IMG/VR virus record: IMGVR_UViG_3300009111_000004
Reading direction: 5' to 3' (one strand)
DNA from: an uncultured virus (IMG/VR IMGVR_UViG_3300009111_000004)
Lineage: Duplodnaviria; Heunggongvirae; Uroviricota; Caudoviricetes
DNA: 64,000 bases
Numbering within the stretch: the stretch's first letter is position 1; each line of letters opens with the position of its first letter. The notes under the pieces were generated by a model, which was not told the DNA's origin, made no database searches, and saw nothing but the letters and a program-made list of their open reading frames with translations. Shown one piece after another: positions 10,501 to 18,361 of this stretch. The position numbers and the translations under genes were made by a program.

Positions 10501-10925
10501 TTAGTTAGAATCTCATCGTCAATTCTAGGTTTATAATAGAACCCCTCTCTATAAGCAAGAGTGGATAGTTGTTTTAGATTTTCATATCCAGTACGATTTT
10601 TGGCTAATAAGGTAAGATGATAATAAGCCGAACTGAGATCCCCGTTTTTGGCGTTTTCTTGTGCTTCTCCTTTTTTAGTATAAGTACGCCCGAAACGGGA
10701 ATCAGGAGCCACATACGTTTCCATACCAATTATGGGTTTAATTCCGGCATCTGTACATTGTTTGTAAAAGGAAATAGCATTATGCAAATTACCATGTTCA
10801 GTAATCGCTACGGCAGGCATCTCGAATTCTTTAGCCTTTTTAACTAAATCTTCTCTACGTGAGATCCCATCTAGTAGACTAAATGTGGTATGCACATGTA
10901 AAGATACGTAAGATTTATGATCCAT
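7443..10925 (-). CDS. dnaE: DNA polymerase III alpha subunit (family C)
   Basis: PHP domain (LHVHTTFSLLDG, GCL, DSHY), GRGS, PDIDTD catalytic motif, HAAG, KLDMLGL, YQEQIM, C-terminal OB fold; likely start MDHKSY at 10925; no intein seen. Confidence 0.97.
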   Translation of the reverse strand: MDHKSYVSLHVHTTFSLLDGISRREDLVKKAKEFEMPAVAITEHGNLHNAISFYKQCTDAGIKPIIGMETYVAPDSRFGRTYTKKGEAQENAKNGDLSSAYYHLTLLAKNRTGYENLKQLSTLAYREGFYYKPRIDDEILTKYKDGLIVLSGCLASRTSRLIVAGNQAKALEEIDRMRNLFGEDFYLEVMDHNIEEEEIVRNALIDFGKIRGIGIVMTGDSHYTEQSDSLAHEVILAIGTGKNIQSAERWTFPGSGYWFKSPQEMYTTAETACIPEHALTTTLNIAQRVDDYGFSLVSKTKKSIIPSYRDELGNVIDNETCHELLYFKTFQGLCTRGLGESKLHRERLEFELNMIRRKDFSSYFLIIADIVDAMGKRGIIKPIGRGSSMGSLVCYCTYITGLDPIEHNLPFSRFINEGRKDLPDIDTDISKERRKEVIEYIVDKYGKDRVAQIVTFQSMAAKGAADDVGRGLGVPSAVRKSLGKLLGDLSKDDRLEEVLDGNKTARELMAQTPDWIDVAKRLEGNNRNLGEHAAGIVISNDPIINHVPLLRDSKDGHLVTQYDMRDLGELGLLKLDMLGLRTLDLIQKTINLVNERYGQVIDDYQCISLNDAATYTTVAETKFVSVFQYDSPGIRATTKALRPECFNHLVALNALYRPGPLLPGSGSNGKSMVDDYIERRHGREPVTSWHTNLDKIFADTFGIALYQEQIMELSKILGGFNDEEADEYRAAIGKKDAIKFKAVQEKLVQRGIQNGYSKEFMDDVTRRLAGSARYNWNRGHSVGYSFISYVTAWLETHYPTEYYTTLLNVNLDDSDQLKILLSSILQKGVKLQPPHINNSQSYFHTDGKNIYMGLYSIRQLGEAAVEPILKERVKNGPYVDYLDFCIRMAPYSKVTKLTKENLVKAGAFNWDPSINQKSKVENTEVIQRLIKKFQNKLSLTDIRTEVLKVITPWPIDYLETERLELEKGVLNFYISSHPVMQYQPLLGLFPNINFITPSQLNDQMPGTRAILFGVVEQRTMKTTKNNDPFLQLRIADHIDGHMINIWSPLATRANTQLLDNQLAFLVGQVKEDKFRPGDNQLNVSAVFPILAKNGIPISSFYAQDVPTANRIMTILNATGTVSEPILHQGCLVILSSVTYLRPEDYSALRSCGRANYALAI

Positions 10926-10926
10926 A

Positions 10927-11172
10927 TTAATGTGATATATACATCGAGAGTATGGTGCCCATACAACTACCAATTGCGACTGCGATCAATAGTATTGGTT
11001 TACGAGCATATTCAATTACAACTATTCCACCCAACACATGAATGAAGGCTCCAACCAATACTGCAATAAATACCTGATTAGCATTAACAGCCTTAATATA
11101 AAATACCCATAAAAAATCGCATGCTGCAATTCCTAAAACCACTAAGCACCACAATTTAACCTTAAAACTCAT
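10927..11172 (-). CDS. Small membrane protein
   Basis: 81 aa with about three hydrophobic segments. Confidence 0.6.
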   Translation of the reverse strand: MSFKVKLWCLVVLGIAACDFLWVFYIKAVNANQVFIAVLVGAFIHVLGGIVVIEYARKPILLIAVAIGSCMGTILSMYISH

Positions 11173-11327
11173 CGATTTATTTCTCGCTCGAATGATCTAT
11201 AAACAGCAGTAACGATCTTACTTAGACGTTCATCTATGATTATAATATTAGTACTAGCTATTAATGAATTAGTAGCTCCGATCACTGCATTATATCTTTT
11301 TCCTATTTATAGTCAGGATAATTTAGA

Positions 11328-12502
11328 TTAATAGGTGGATCCATTCTGGTCATATATAAAACCCAGTTTTGCGAGATCAAATCCTAGTTTTACGAGAAAC
11401 TCGTCCAAACTCATTGTATGACGATAAGTACAACCAGGCTGATAATACAAAGCTCGTGCCTCCAATAAGCCATTTGGAATTATTGGCCAGCGATTTAATA
11501 AAACATGATAAGTACTATTACTATCAGGATCTTCAATGCGCTTCTGATAGGTAGTAGTTCGTACTAATTCACCTTCTTTGGGGAAGCAAATTTTATCGAA
11601 TCTAACCCAACCATTTTCATATCGTTCTTTGGTCCTAAATTCTTTAGCTTTGTAGGTATGCATCGAAGCCAGTCTTTTGAAGGAAATCAACTAGAGTTAT
11701 TGACTGTCTATAATCAGTCTGCTTCCAGGCCACACAAGCATTTAATAATCCTGGTGGAGCCATTTGTCGTTTACTCCATCTATCAAATTCATCTTTACTA
11801 GTGATTGGATTAAATCCAGTGGAAAATCCAGCCCAGTAATTCTCAAAAATATATAAAACTTCAAAAATTACATGCTCCATACCATTTAAATCTAGATTCG
11901 TGATATTAGTTATGAATATTTGTGGTGTGCCTTGTGGTGTCATCGAATTAACTCGATTTCATGTTGAATAATATGACAATAATCATCATATGAGATTATA
12001 TTAGCTCGCCATTGTTGGTAGAGCATGGAGGTTACAATTGACCACTCTTTGAAAGTCAATGGGTATTCCTTACCACCACAAGATTCGCCTTCTATCCATC
12101 CACAGTGTAAGCAGATGTATTCGTTAAAGTCCCTGGAATAATGGAGTTCACGATAGCAGTTTGGGCAGCTTCCAAATCGGTAAGTTGAATGCCACATTTA
12201 ATTAGAAAGGTGTCAAAGGGAAGATTATAGTTAGTAGTACACCATAGATTATATAATTTTCTAAATCGCCAATCACGTATGTAAAATTGATCTAAGCCAT
12301 AATCCCAAAGCTGAATAGCATAGTCCGTAATCATATGCGGATAACCTATACAAGTTATCCATGTTAGGTTATCCATGTCCTGTTTAGTCAGTATTTGATA
12401 ATGACATAGGGTTTGATCGGAACTTGAAGATATATGACTAATAGCATAGTTTCTGATTGGTCTTAAGAATTCTGTGTGCTCTGCATTAGACATGGAATGC
12501 AA
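11328..12502 (-). CDS. Cluster of hypothetical proteins (11328-11690, 11644-11943, 11940-12197, 12092-12502)
   Basis: Overlapping ORFs. Three share an end motif (LDEFLVKLGFD / LVDFLQKTGFD / FDTFLIKCGIQ); 11940-12197 is a CxxC-CxxC zinc ribbon. Confidence 0.5.
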
Positions 12503-12915
12503 TTCACTTTCTCGCCCACTCTAGAAAAAGAAGAGACCGTCTCAGAGCAGATACAACATTGAGCTGTAATTATAAATGATTCTTTATTAGGTATACGACT
12601 TTGGGGGGCCATTGTCGCAATCATTTTGGTTACATCTTCTAGGCATTCACGAGGAAATTGATCTAGTGCTGTCTCACCATTATGAAGAATTGGAATAATT
12701 TGCTGATTGACAATTTGAATACCATTTAGTGTATAAGTTGATTCTGATGAAAGTCCTTGATCAAAGAGCGGGATTAATCGTGTTTGCCCACCATTGATTA
12801 AACCATAGTCTTTATAATAAGTTCCATCTCCAGATAAAGTAAATCCCAATTCTCCTAATAGATTTTGAAATCTAACTAGGCTTTGGAGTGCTGGGCTTGT
12901 GTTTTCCATTGACAT
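12463..12915 (-). CDS. Hypothetical protein with C-terminal zinc ribbon
   Basis: CCIC...CIPC. Confidence 0.55.
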   Translation of the reverse strand: MSMENTSPALQSLVRFQNLLGELGFTLSGDGTYYKDYGLINGGQTRLIPLFDQGLSSESTYTLNGIQIVNQQIIPILHNGETALDQFPRECLEDVTKMIATMAPQSRIPNKESFIITAQCCICSETVSSFSRVGEKVNCIPCLMQSTQNS

Positions 12916-13189
12916 CCTCTAATAGAATACAACTATGTCGTATCCATTTTTCCGATATACTACTTAAAGTTACTCCGTTAATCAATAATATATCCCATTT
13001 AATGATATTATTATACCATTCATATTGACTCATAATTGGTTGTTTAAAGATCCACCTGACCACTTGACGATTGGTTAATATACCTTTGAGCCCAATCAAA
13101 CTATGAGGACTGGCTGGCTTACCATCTTCCCAGAATAAATCTAATTGGACGATTTGCCAAATTTGACCAATTTTTGGATTAATCATCAC
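12872..13189 (-). CDS. GQIW-family small protein
   Basis: KIGQIWQ N-terminal motif and CILLE end shared with many paralogs in the window. Confidence 0.6.
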   Translation of the reverse strand: MMINPKIGQIWQIVQLDLFWEDGKPASPHSLIGLKGILTNRQVVRWIFKQPIMSQYEWYNNIIKWDILLINGVTLSSISEKWIRHSCILLEDVNGKHKPSTPKPS

Positions 13190-14009
13190 TTTGTTCTATA
13201 GCGAGATAATGCTTCTTAATCTTTTCCTTGGCGCGTTTAAATAACCTAGTAATCCGTGGTCTTGACACACCCATAATCTGTGCAAGATAGATGTGGAGAC
13301 CGTCAATATGACGAGTTTTATTTAGCTCATTACTGTTTGTTAGACAGAATTTAATGACTCGATATTCATTACTGGTTAATGTCTTACCATCTTCGATAAT
13401 CTCTCCAACTTCTTGACTAAGATGATTAGAATCAGCCTCAGTCTCAACATAGGGGTCATATTTGGTACTATCGCTGCCCTGCATGATAGCGGCCCATCCA
13501 CCTTCTGGATTAGCGCGTTCAATACCGGAATGCATATGTTGATTTTCGTCATCAGATGCATCACCGCCCCCTACATCTATTGGGTCATATAATTCATGAT
13601 GAGCATAGAACCTACGATGCTTACTAGTGATCCACTTAATCCATTTAGTTAAGAATCCCTGATGGATATCGAATAGATATGGAGTAGCACGGCCACGGTC
13701 CCCAATCTTATAATCCTTTATCAAATATTCAATTGCGGTGGATTGCATATCGAGTAAGAGTTGATCAAGATCCATACCTTTAGCCGCACCGGATTTCTTA
13801 GCGTGGGTTAATAGATTAATCATTCCTGGTCGAAAGATTTGAAGTAGATTGACAGTGGTATGGTCTCGATCAATTCCAAGTTGGAGCCTACAGACTAAGA
13901 TGTTAATAATAACATTTTGTGTCGAAATCGGTGTGCCTTTATTAGTCATTAAACTCCAGCATTTGGTCTGGTGTGGGCAGATACTACAATTCTGGTAAGA
14001 TATACTCAT
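13179..14009 (-). CDS. Phage sigma70-family RNA polymerase sigma factor
   Basis: Region-2-like segment (DLDQLLLDMQ...YKIG...ATPYL) and region 4 HTH (LTSNEYRVI...LAQIMGVSRPRITRLFKRAKEKIK). Confidence 0.75.
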   Translation of the reverse strand: MSISYQNCSICPHQTKCWSLMTNKGTPISTQNVIINILVCRLQLGIDRDHTTVNLLQIFRPGMINLLTHAKKSGAAKGMDLDQLLLDMQSTAIEYLIKDYKIGDRGRATPYLFDIHQGFLTKWIKWITSKHRRFYAHHELYDPIDVGGGDASDDENQHMHSGIERANPEGGWAAIMQGSDSTKYDPYVETEADSNHLSQEVGEIIEDGKTLTSNEYRVIKFCLTNSNELNKTRHIDGLHIYLAQIMGVSRPRITRLFKRAKEKIKKHYLAIEQSDD

Positions 14010-14056
14010 AAATTTAACCTAGTAGTAAGTAATAATATCTTACAGGTTAGTTTCTT

Positions 14057-14389
14057 TCATACACTAATTTTTGATAATGAATCGGCATGAACAATATGAC
14101 ATTCATCAGAGATCATATAATACATTACAGCTTTTTGTCGATAATGTTGAAGCGTGATTTCAACAATTTGTTGTATTGTTGTATTATTACACATAATACG
14201 TACTGGTATAACTCGCTCGATATAGTCTTGGCCTTTATGGACCCAAACACCTTTACCTGGAGATAAAATCGTTAGTCCGCCTGATAATCTTTTAACTTGC
14301 TCGTCCCATTGTTTATGATGTCTGGTACGGATCGGTTTCATCGTATCGCCATAGATCGTCGGGACTAAAATCTCATATAAGCTCATCAT
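14057..14389 (-). CDS. Conserved-looking hypothetical protein (possible DUF3574/P-II-like fold)
   Basis: GGLTI...GKGVW...E...YRQKAV pattern. Confidence 0.45.
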   Translation of the reverse strand: MMSLYEILVPTIYGDTMKPIRTRHHKQWDEQVKRLSGGLTILSPGKGVWVHKGQDYIERVIPVRIMCNNTTIQQIVEITLQHYRQKAVMYYMISDECHIVHADSLSKISV

Positions 14390-14415
14390 AAACCCACTTG
14401 TAATCTATATAATTA

Positions 14416-14607
14416 TTAAATAACAATAGAATTAATACGGCCCTTTTTGGGCGTGGTGTGACCCTTATTAGATCTCTTACCAATATAGATACGTTCTGGC
14501 TCCCCAGGAGGGTCATAATGATCTACGATATTATCAGGTCTATATATGACTACTTGATAATCTGGTGGAAAATGATATAATTTATTGATTAATTCTTTGA
14601 CAGTCAT
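14416..14607 (-). CDS. Small phage protein (MTVKELI type)
   Basis: MTVKELINKL..FPPDYQV pattern common among phage small ORFs. Confidence 0.6.
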   Translation of the reverse strand: MTVKELINKLYHFPPDYQVVIYRPDNIVDHYDPPGEPERIYIGKRSNKGHTTPKKGRINSIVI

Positions 14608-15458
14608 TATATTGCCTTTACGGAATTTAGTCGTTTCTTAGTTAATTCCAAATAATTAATTTCTGAATCAATACCAATATAATATTGACCAGCTTCTATG
14701 GCTGCTACACCCGTAGTCCCACTTCCATTAAATGGATCGAGAACTAGACCATTGGAAGGTGCGGATGCTGCAATAATTCGTCTCAATAAAGCTAATGGCT
14801 TTTGAGTAGAATGAGATCCAGATTTCTTCTCAGATTTGGGTACGGTTGGAATGGTCCACATATCTCGCATTTGTTTACCACCATTTAATTGCTTCATTGT
14901 TTTATAATTAAATATGTGTTGTAATGGTTTAGTCTTCCATGGAGCTGCCCATAGTAAGAATTCAGTTGAATGAGTAAAATATCGGCAAGCTAGGTTAGGA
15001 CTAGCGTTAGGTTTAAACCACGTAATTGTATTAAGTAGGTTGAACCCCTGATCACGGAGTTCTTTGCCTAGATCAAATATAATATGATGGGTACCTGATA
15101 TCCAAATGGTTCCTCTAGGTTTAAGCAGCCATCGGCAGTCAGTAAGCCATTGTGAATAGTCCCATGGTTGATCCCATTGGCCCTTATTAACTGATACTCT
15201 CTTTCCGGATTGACATGTTGTTCCACTATTGGAAAGTATATATGGAGGATCGGCGAAGATAAGATCAAATACATTATCACCGCCCCCGCCATTCGCGTTG
15301 ATTAATTGAGTTCTCATCTTTTGAATTAGATGTATACAATCATCGTGATATAGTCGCCATCTGTCTCCACGAGCATATTCAAACTTGACTAGTTCTTGAT
15401 CAAATAGATTTAGAACCCCCACAGGATCCATATATACTGGTCGATCGCCCCATCCCAT
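14607..15458 (-). CDS. Beta-class N6-adenine DNA methyltransferase, DpnA (M2.DpnII)-like, probably GATC-specific
   Basis: IFADPPYILSN..TCQSGKRVSVNKGQWD, PNLACRYFTHSTE, MKQLNGGKQMRDMW, HSTQKP, LDPFNGSGTT. Confidence 0.9.
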   Translation of the reverse strand: MGWGDRPVYMDPVGVLNLFDQELVKFEYARGDRWRLYHDDCIHLIQKMRTQLINANGGGGDNVFDLIFADPPYILSNSGTTCQSGKRVSVNKGQWDQPWDYSQWLTDCRWLLKPRGTIWISGTHHIIFDLGKELRDQGFNLLNTITWFKPNASPNLACRYFTHSTEFLLWAAPWKTKPLQHIFNYKTMKQLNGGKQMRDMWTIPTVPKSEKKSGSHSTQKPLALLRRIIAASAPSNGLVLDPFNGSGTTGVAAIEAGQYYIGIDSEINYLELTKKRLNSVKAI

Positions 15459-15507
15459 ATTATTAATTATCCTTACTTTATCAAATATTATAACTTAAGT
15501 CGAATCA

Positions 15508-16194
15508 TTAAAGGCACCACCATTTAACCTGCTTAATAACTTCAGCGAATTGAGGCTCAGTAAGTTCATTTTTAAAGGAGTTTACTGAATAAAGACACCA
15601 AGCCACATTACTTTTAATATATCCCAATGAAGGATCCATTTTATCGAGGGAAGGAGAATTCCAAACAGCGTACCCACGCCCTCTACCATTCATTGGAATT
15701 TTAGTATAATAACATAGACCGCCTTGTGCTCTCCATAATTCTAAAAGATATGATTCATCTAAATCAAATGGTATACCTTTACTTCGAGCACCAGCTTGTA
15801 TAGATATAGTTTTCCTTTTAATATAGAACTCTATATCACTATTTTTAGAGGCTAGTTTCAACCTATTTGACCTAAGTTTTTCATATCGAGAAACTGATTC
15901 GTGAGAATTAAAACATTCTTTGCAAAGCTTACCTACTCCACCTGATCCATGACTATTCTTGTGGAAGAAAGATATGTCCTTCCACTGTTGACATTTATAA
16001 CATCTTTTTTGATTTCCGTTAACGGTTGGGCACTGATGCTTTGCCTGCCTATTTCTAAATTCTCGATGAGTTACGGTTGAACAATTAGTGCACTGAATAA
16101 TAATTGGTAGATGACTACCTTCACATAATGTACTTGGTAGATATCCATATCTAGCTTGAGTCAGATCATCTCTAATTGTAATTAGATGGCGCAT
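15508..16194 (-). CDS. HNH-like (His-Me finger) endonuclease, probable free-standing homing endonuclease
   Basis: N-terminal CxxC pairs; CYYTKIPM...SPSLDKMDPSLGYIKSNVAWC...N..K motif. Confidence 0.75.
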   Translation of the reverse strand: MRHLITIRDDLTQARYGYLPSTLCEGSHLPIIIQCTNCSTVTHREFRNRQAKHQCPTVNGNQKRCYKCQQWKDISFFHKNSHGSGGVGKLCKECFNSHESVSRYEKLRSNRLKLASKNSDIEFYIKRKTISIQAGARSKGIPFDLDESYLLELWRAQGGLCYYTKIPMNGRGRGYAVWNSPSLDKMDPSLGYIKSNVAWCLYSVNSFKNELTEPQFAEVIKQVKWWCL

Positions 16195-16221
16195 ATTTGG
16201 ATGATGAGGATTCGGGTGTTC

Positions 16222-17154
16222 CTAGGAACCTGTGCTGCCGAACCCTTTATCTCCTCTCTCTGAGGGACGTAATGCAGTTACGGGTTGCATATGAAGATGA
16301 GGAATGCGTGGGAAAAATAGAAGTTGAGCAATTCGTTCTCCAGCTTTAACTATAATAGGTTCGTTGGTGAGATTGTATGCCATTACATAAATTCGTCCTC
16401 GGTAAGACGGATCTATCACTCCGGGCAATACCAGTAATCTTTTCTTCGAGGTACTACTACGAGCTTGAACAATTGCATATAGATGATTAGGAATCTCTAA
16501 ATAAAGATCTGATGGAATGTCTGTCCCTTCTTGAGGGGAACAAATTACTTCAGAATCACAAATGATATCCCAACCAGCATCACCTTGCAACTTAGGAGTC
16601 AATAGATTAATATGATCTTGTTGTTGAAGGATATAGAATTCATTTATATAACGGATTAATTCGCTGCGTGCTATATAAGCATTTCGTGGTAGACATAGCC
16701 ATCTATAGTTGAGTTCTCTGGTACGATTATTTTTTGTCTCGGTAAATAATTTACGAAGTTCAAAATCTTTAGAGTCAATTAGGTACTTAGGTGCATCAGT
16801 GGTAACTGACGGGGGTATTTGATTATCAGTTGGGAAGTCAATGGCTAACCGATATTCTGGTATAATAAAATTAAAGGTAGGTTGATAATCAAGACCTTTA
16901 TCATCAACAAAATTTATACCATCAAGCGTACTCTCTTTTAGGATTTCTGATTGATTAAAGATGGTCCAGAGTAGAGATTCGATAGTATCTAAGTTAGTTC
17001 GATCAATCTCTAGGCATTCCTCAAAATCCTTAATATTATATGGGTTACGGTATGTTTGGTCGCAATGTTCGCAACATCCAGACCAGTGTCTACAAACACC
17101 AGCGGATTCAGTTGGTGTAACTCGCCAACATTGATCACAGATTTTCACTTTCAT
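16222..17154 (-). CDS. dut: Trimeric dUTPase with ~185-aa N-terminal extension
   Basis: GDAGWD, RSS, GVIDPSYRG, RIAQL, RGDKGFGSTG in the C-terminal ~125 aa. Confidence 0.9.
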   Translation of the reverse strand: MKVKICDQCWRVTPTESAGVCRHWSGCCEHCDQTYRNPYNIKDFEECLEIDRTNLDTIESLLWTIFNQSEILKESTLDGINFVDDKGLDYQPTFNFIIPEYRLAIDFPTDNQIPPSVTTDAPKYLIDSKDFELRKLFTETKNNRTRELNYRWLCLPRNAYIARSELIRYINEFYILQQQDHINLLTPKLQGDAGWDIICDSEVICSPQEGTDIPSDLYLEIPNHLYAIVQARSSTSKKRLLVLPGVIDPSYRGRIYVMAYNLTNEPIIVKAGERIAQLLFFPRIPHLHMQPVTALRPSERGDKGFGSTGS

Positions 17155-17167
17155 ATATCGCTACCAT

Positions 17168-17635
17168 CTACTGTGAATAATTGTGATCTAACCAAGCTGC
17201 TACTTCTGTTAATGATTTGCGTAAAGATGATTCATTCTTTAGATCGTCACACCAAAACCAATTATCTAATGGAATACGATTATCTAGATATACTGACGTA
17301 CCCGGTTCAATATCTGTTACTAATAATATGGTTTTCACGGTAGTATGAGCAAATTCAATTTCAATCGGTGTGCCAATGGTAGCTATTGTCTTAGGTATAC
17401 AGGCGATTATAATATTAGCATTATTTAACGCGAATCGATTCATATTTTCAATATATCGCGACCGCCCTAGATCTCTAACTCCCATGAAAGTGTGGATGTA
17501 TGCTTTACTTGGATCAAAGAATACAGCTGTACGTTTTAGATTTTGTAGCTCTTCTACTAGTAGTCGTCGCCAATTAGAAGGACCAGATCCAAGATCGATC
17601 GGTGAAGCAGTATAGATAGTTAAATGTTTATTCAT
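17168..17635 (-). CDS. Nucleoside 2-deoxyribosyltransferase / NMP N-glycosidase-like protein
   Basis: IYTASPI...FFDP...N...L...IIIA...TIGTPIEIEFA (catalytic Glu motif). Confidence 0.8.
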   Translation of the reverse strand: MNKHLTIYTASPIDLGSGPSNWRRLLVEELQNLKRTAVFFDPSKAYIHTFMGVRDLGRSRYIENMNRFALNNANIIIACIPKTIATIGTPIEIEFAHTTVKTILLVTDIEPGTSVYLDNRIPLDNWFWCDDLKNESSLRKSLTEVAAWLDHNYSQ

Positions 17636-18201
17636 TTAGGTAATCCTATAATTTTATCGAATTGTTTAATGATTACATCATCTGCAGCACTAATAATCGT
17701 ATGGGTCCGGATTAATTTCTGTCGTAATATGGTATAAATTTTAGACAGATTTTTACTAGCTAATTGAATCCGGCGTTCGAATTGTTTAAGATCAGAATCT
17801 CGATTATCACGGGCTCGAAACCAGGCTCTGGCCATTATGGTACGCATGTCCCCAGCATTGATTTCAATAATCTCAGGAAGGTAAATCCAATATTGATCTA
17901 GTAGAAATTGGACTTGCTCAGAAGATCGGGGGAATCCATCGATAATAATAAGATTAGTGGGGGCTTGTTCGATTTGTTTAGTAAGTTCAGATCGTAGTTC
18001 TTTTTCTAGTGGACATAAATCATATTGTTCTGTTTCAGTCCACTGCTGTCTGGTGGTTAGAGAGCGGGCAATATCACCTGTAGAAATATAAGTGCCATTG
18101 TTTTTTGTGCTAATTAATTTGGCCGCGTGAGACTTACCGCTACAGGGTAGTCCAATAAAACATATTATTCGCTTATTTTGTGGCTTTTTCATAAAGATCA
18201 A
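17632..18201 (-). CDS. Adenylate kinase-like nucleoside monophosphate kinase
   Basis: GLPCSGKS P-loop, ISTGDIAR, IIDGFPRS..Q. Confidence 0.88.
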   Translation of the reverse strand: MIFMKKPQNKRIICFIGLPCSGKSHAAKLISTKNNGTYISTGDIARSLTTRQQWTETEQYDLCPLEKELRSELTKQIEQAPTNLIIIDGFPRSSEQVQFLLDQYWIYLPEIIEINAGDMRTIMARAWFRARDNRDSDLKQFERRIQLASKNLSKIYTILRQKLIRTHTIISAADDVIIKQFDKIIGLPK

Positions 18202-18361
18202 CAGTTTTTTCTAAAGCATTAAGCCTTTGAAATGAATCACAAAGTGCTGCAATAATAGCAGCTAGCCCTTCTTCCTGTTCATTTGATGGATCAAATTCTA
18301 TGTGGATATCCAATATCTCTTGAGTACTATTCATTACTTGTTGACTAGCATTAATAATCAT
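18173..18361 (-). CDS. Hypothetical protein
   Basis: 62-aa ORF with ATGA overlap. Confidence 0.45.
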   Translation of the reverse strand: MIINASQQVMNSTQEILDIHIEFDPSNEQEEGLAAIIAALCDSFQRLNALEKTVDLYEKATK

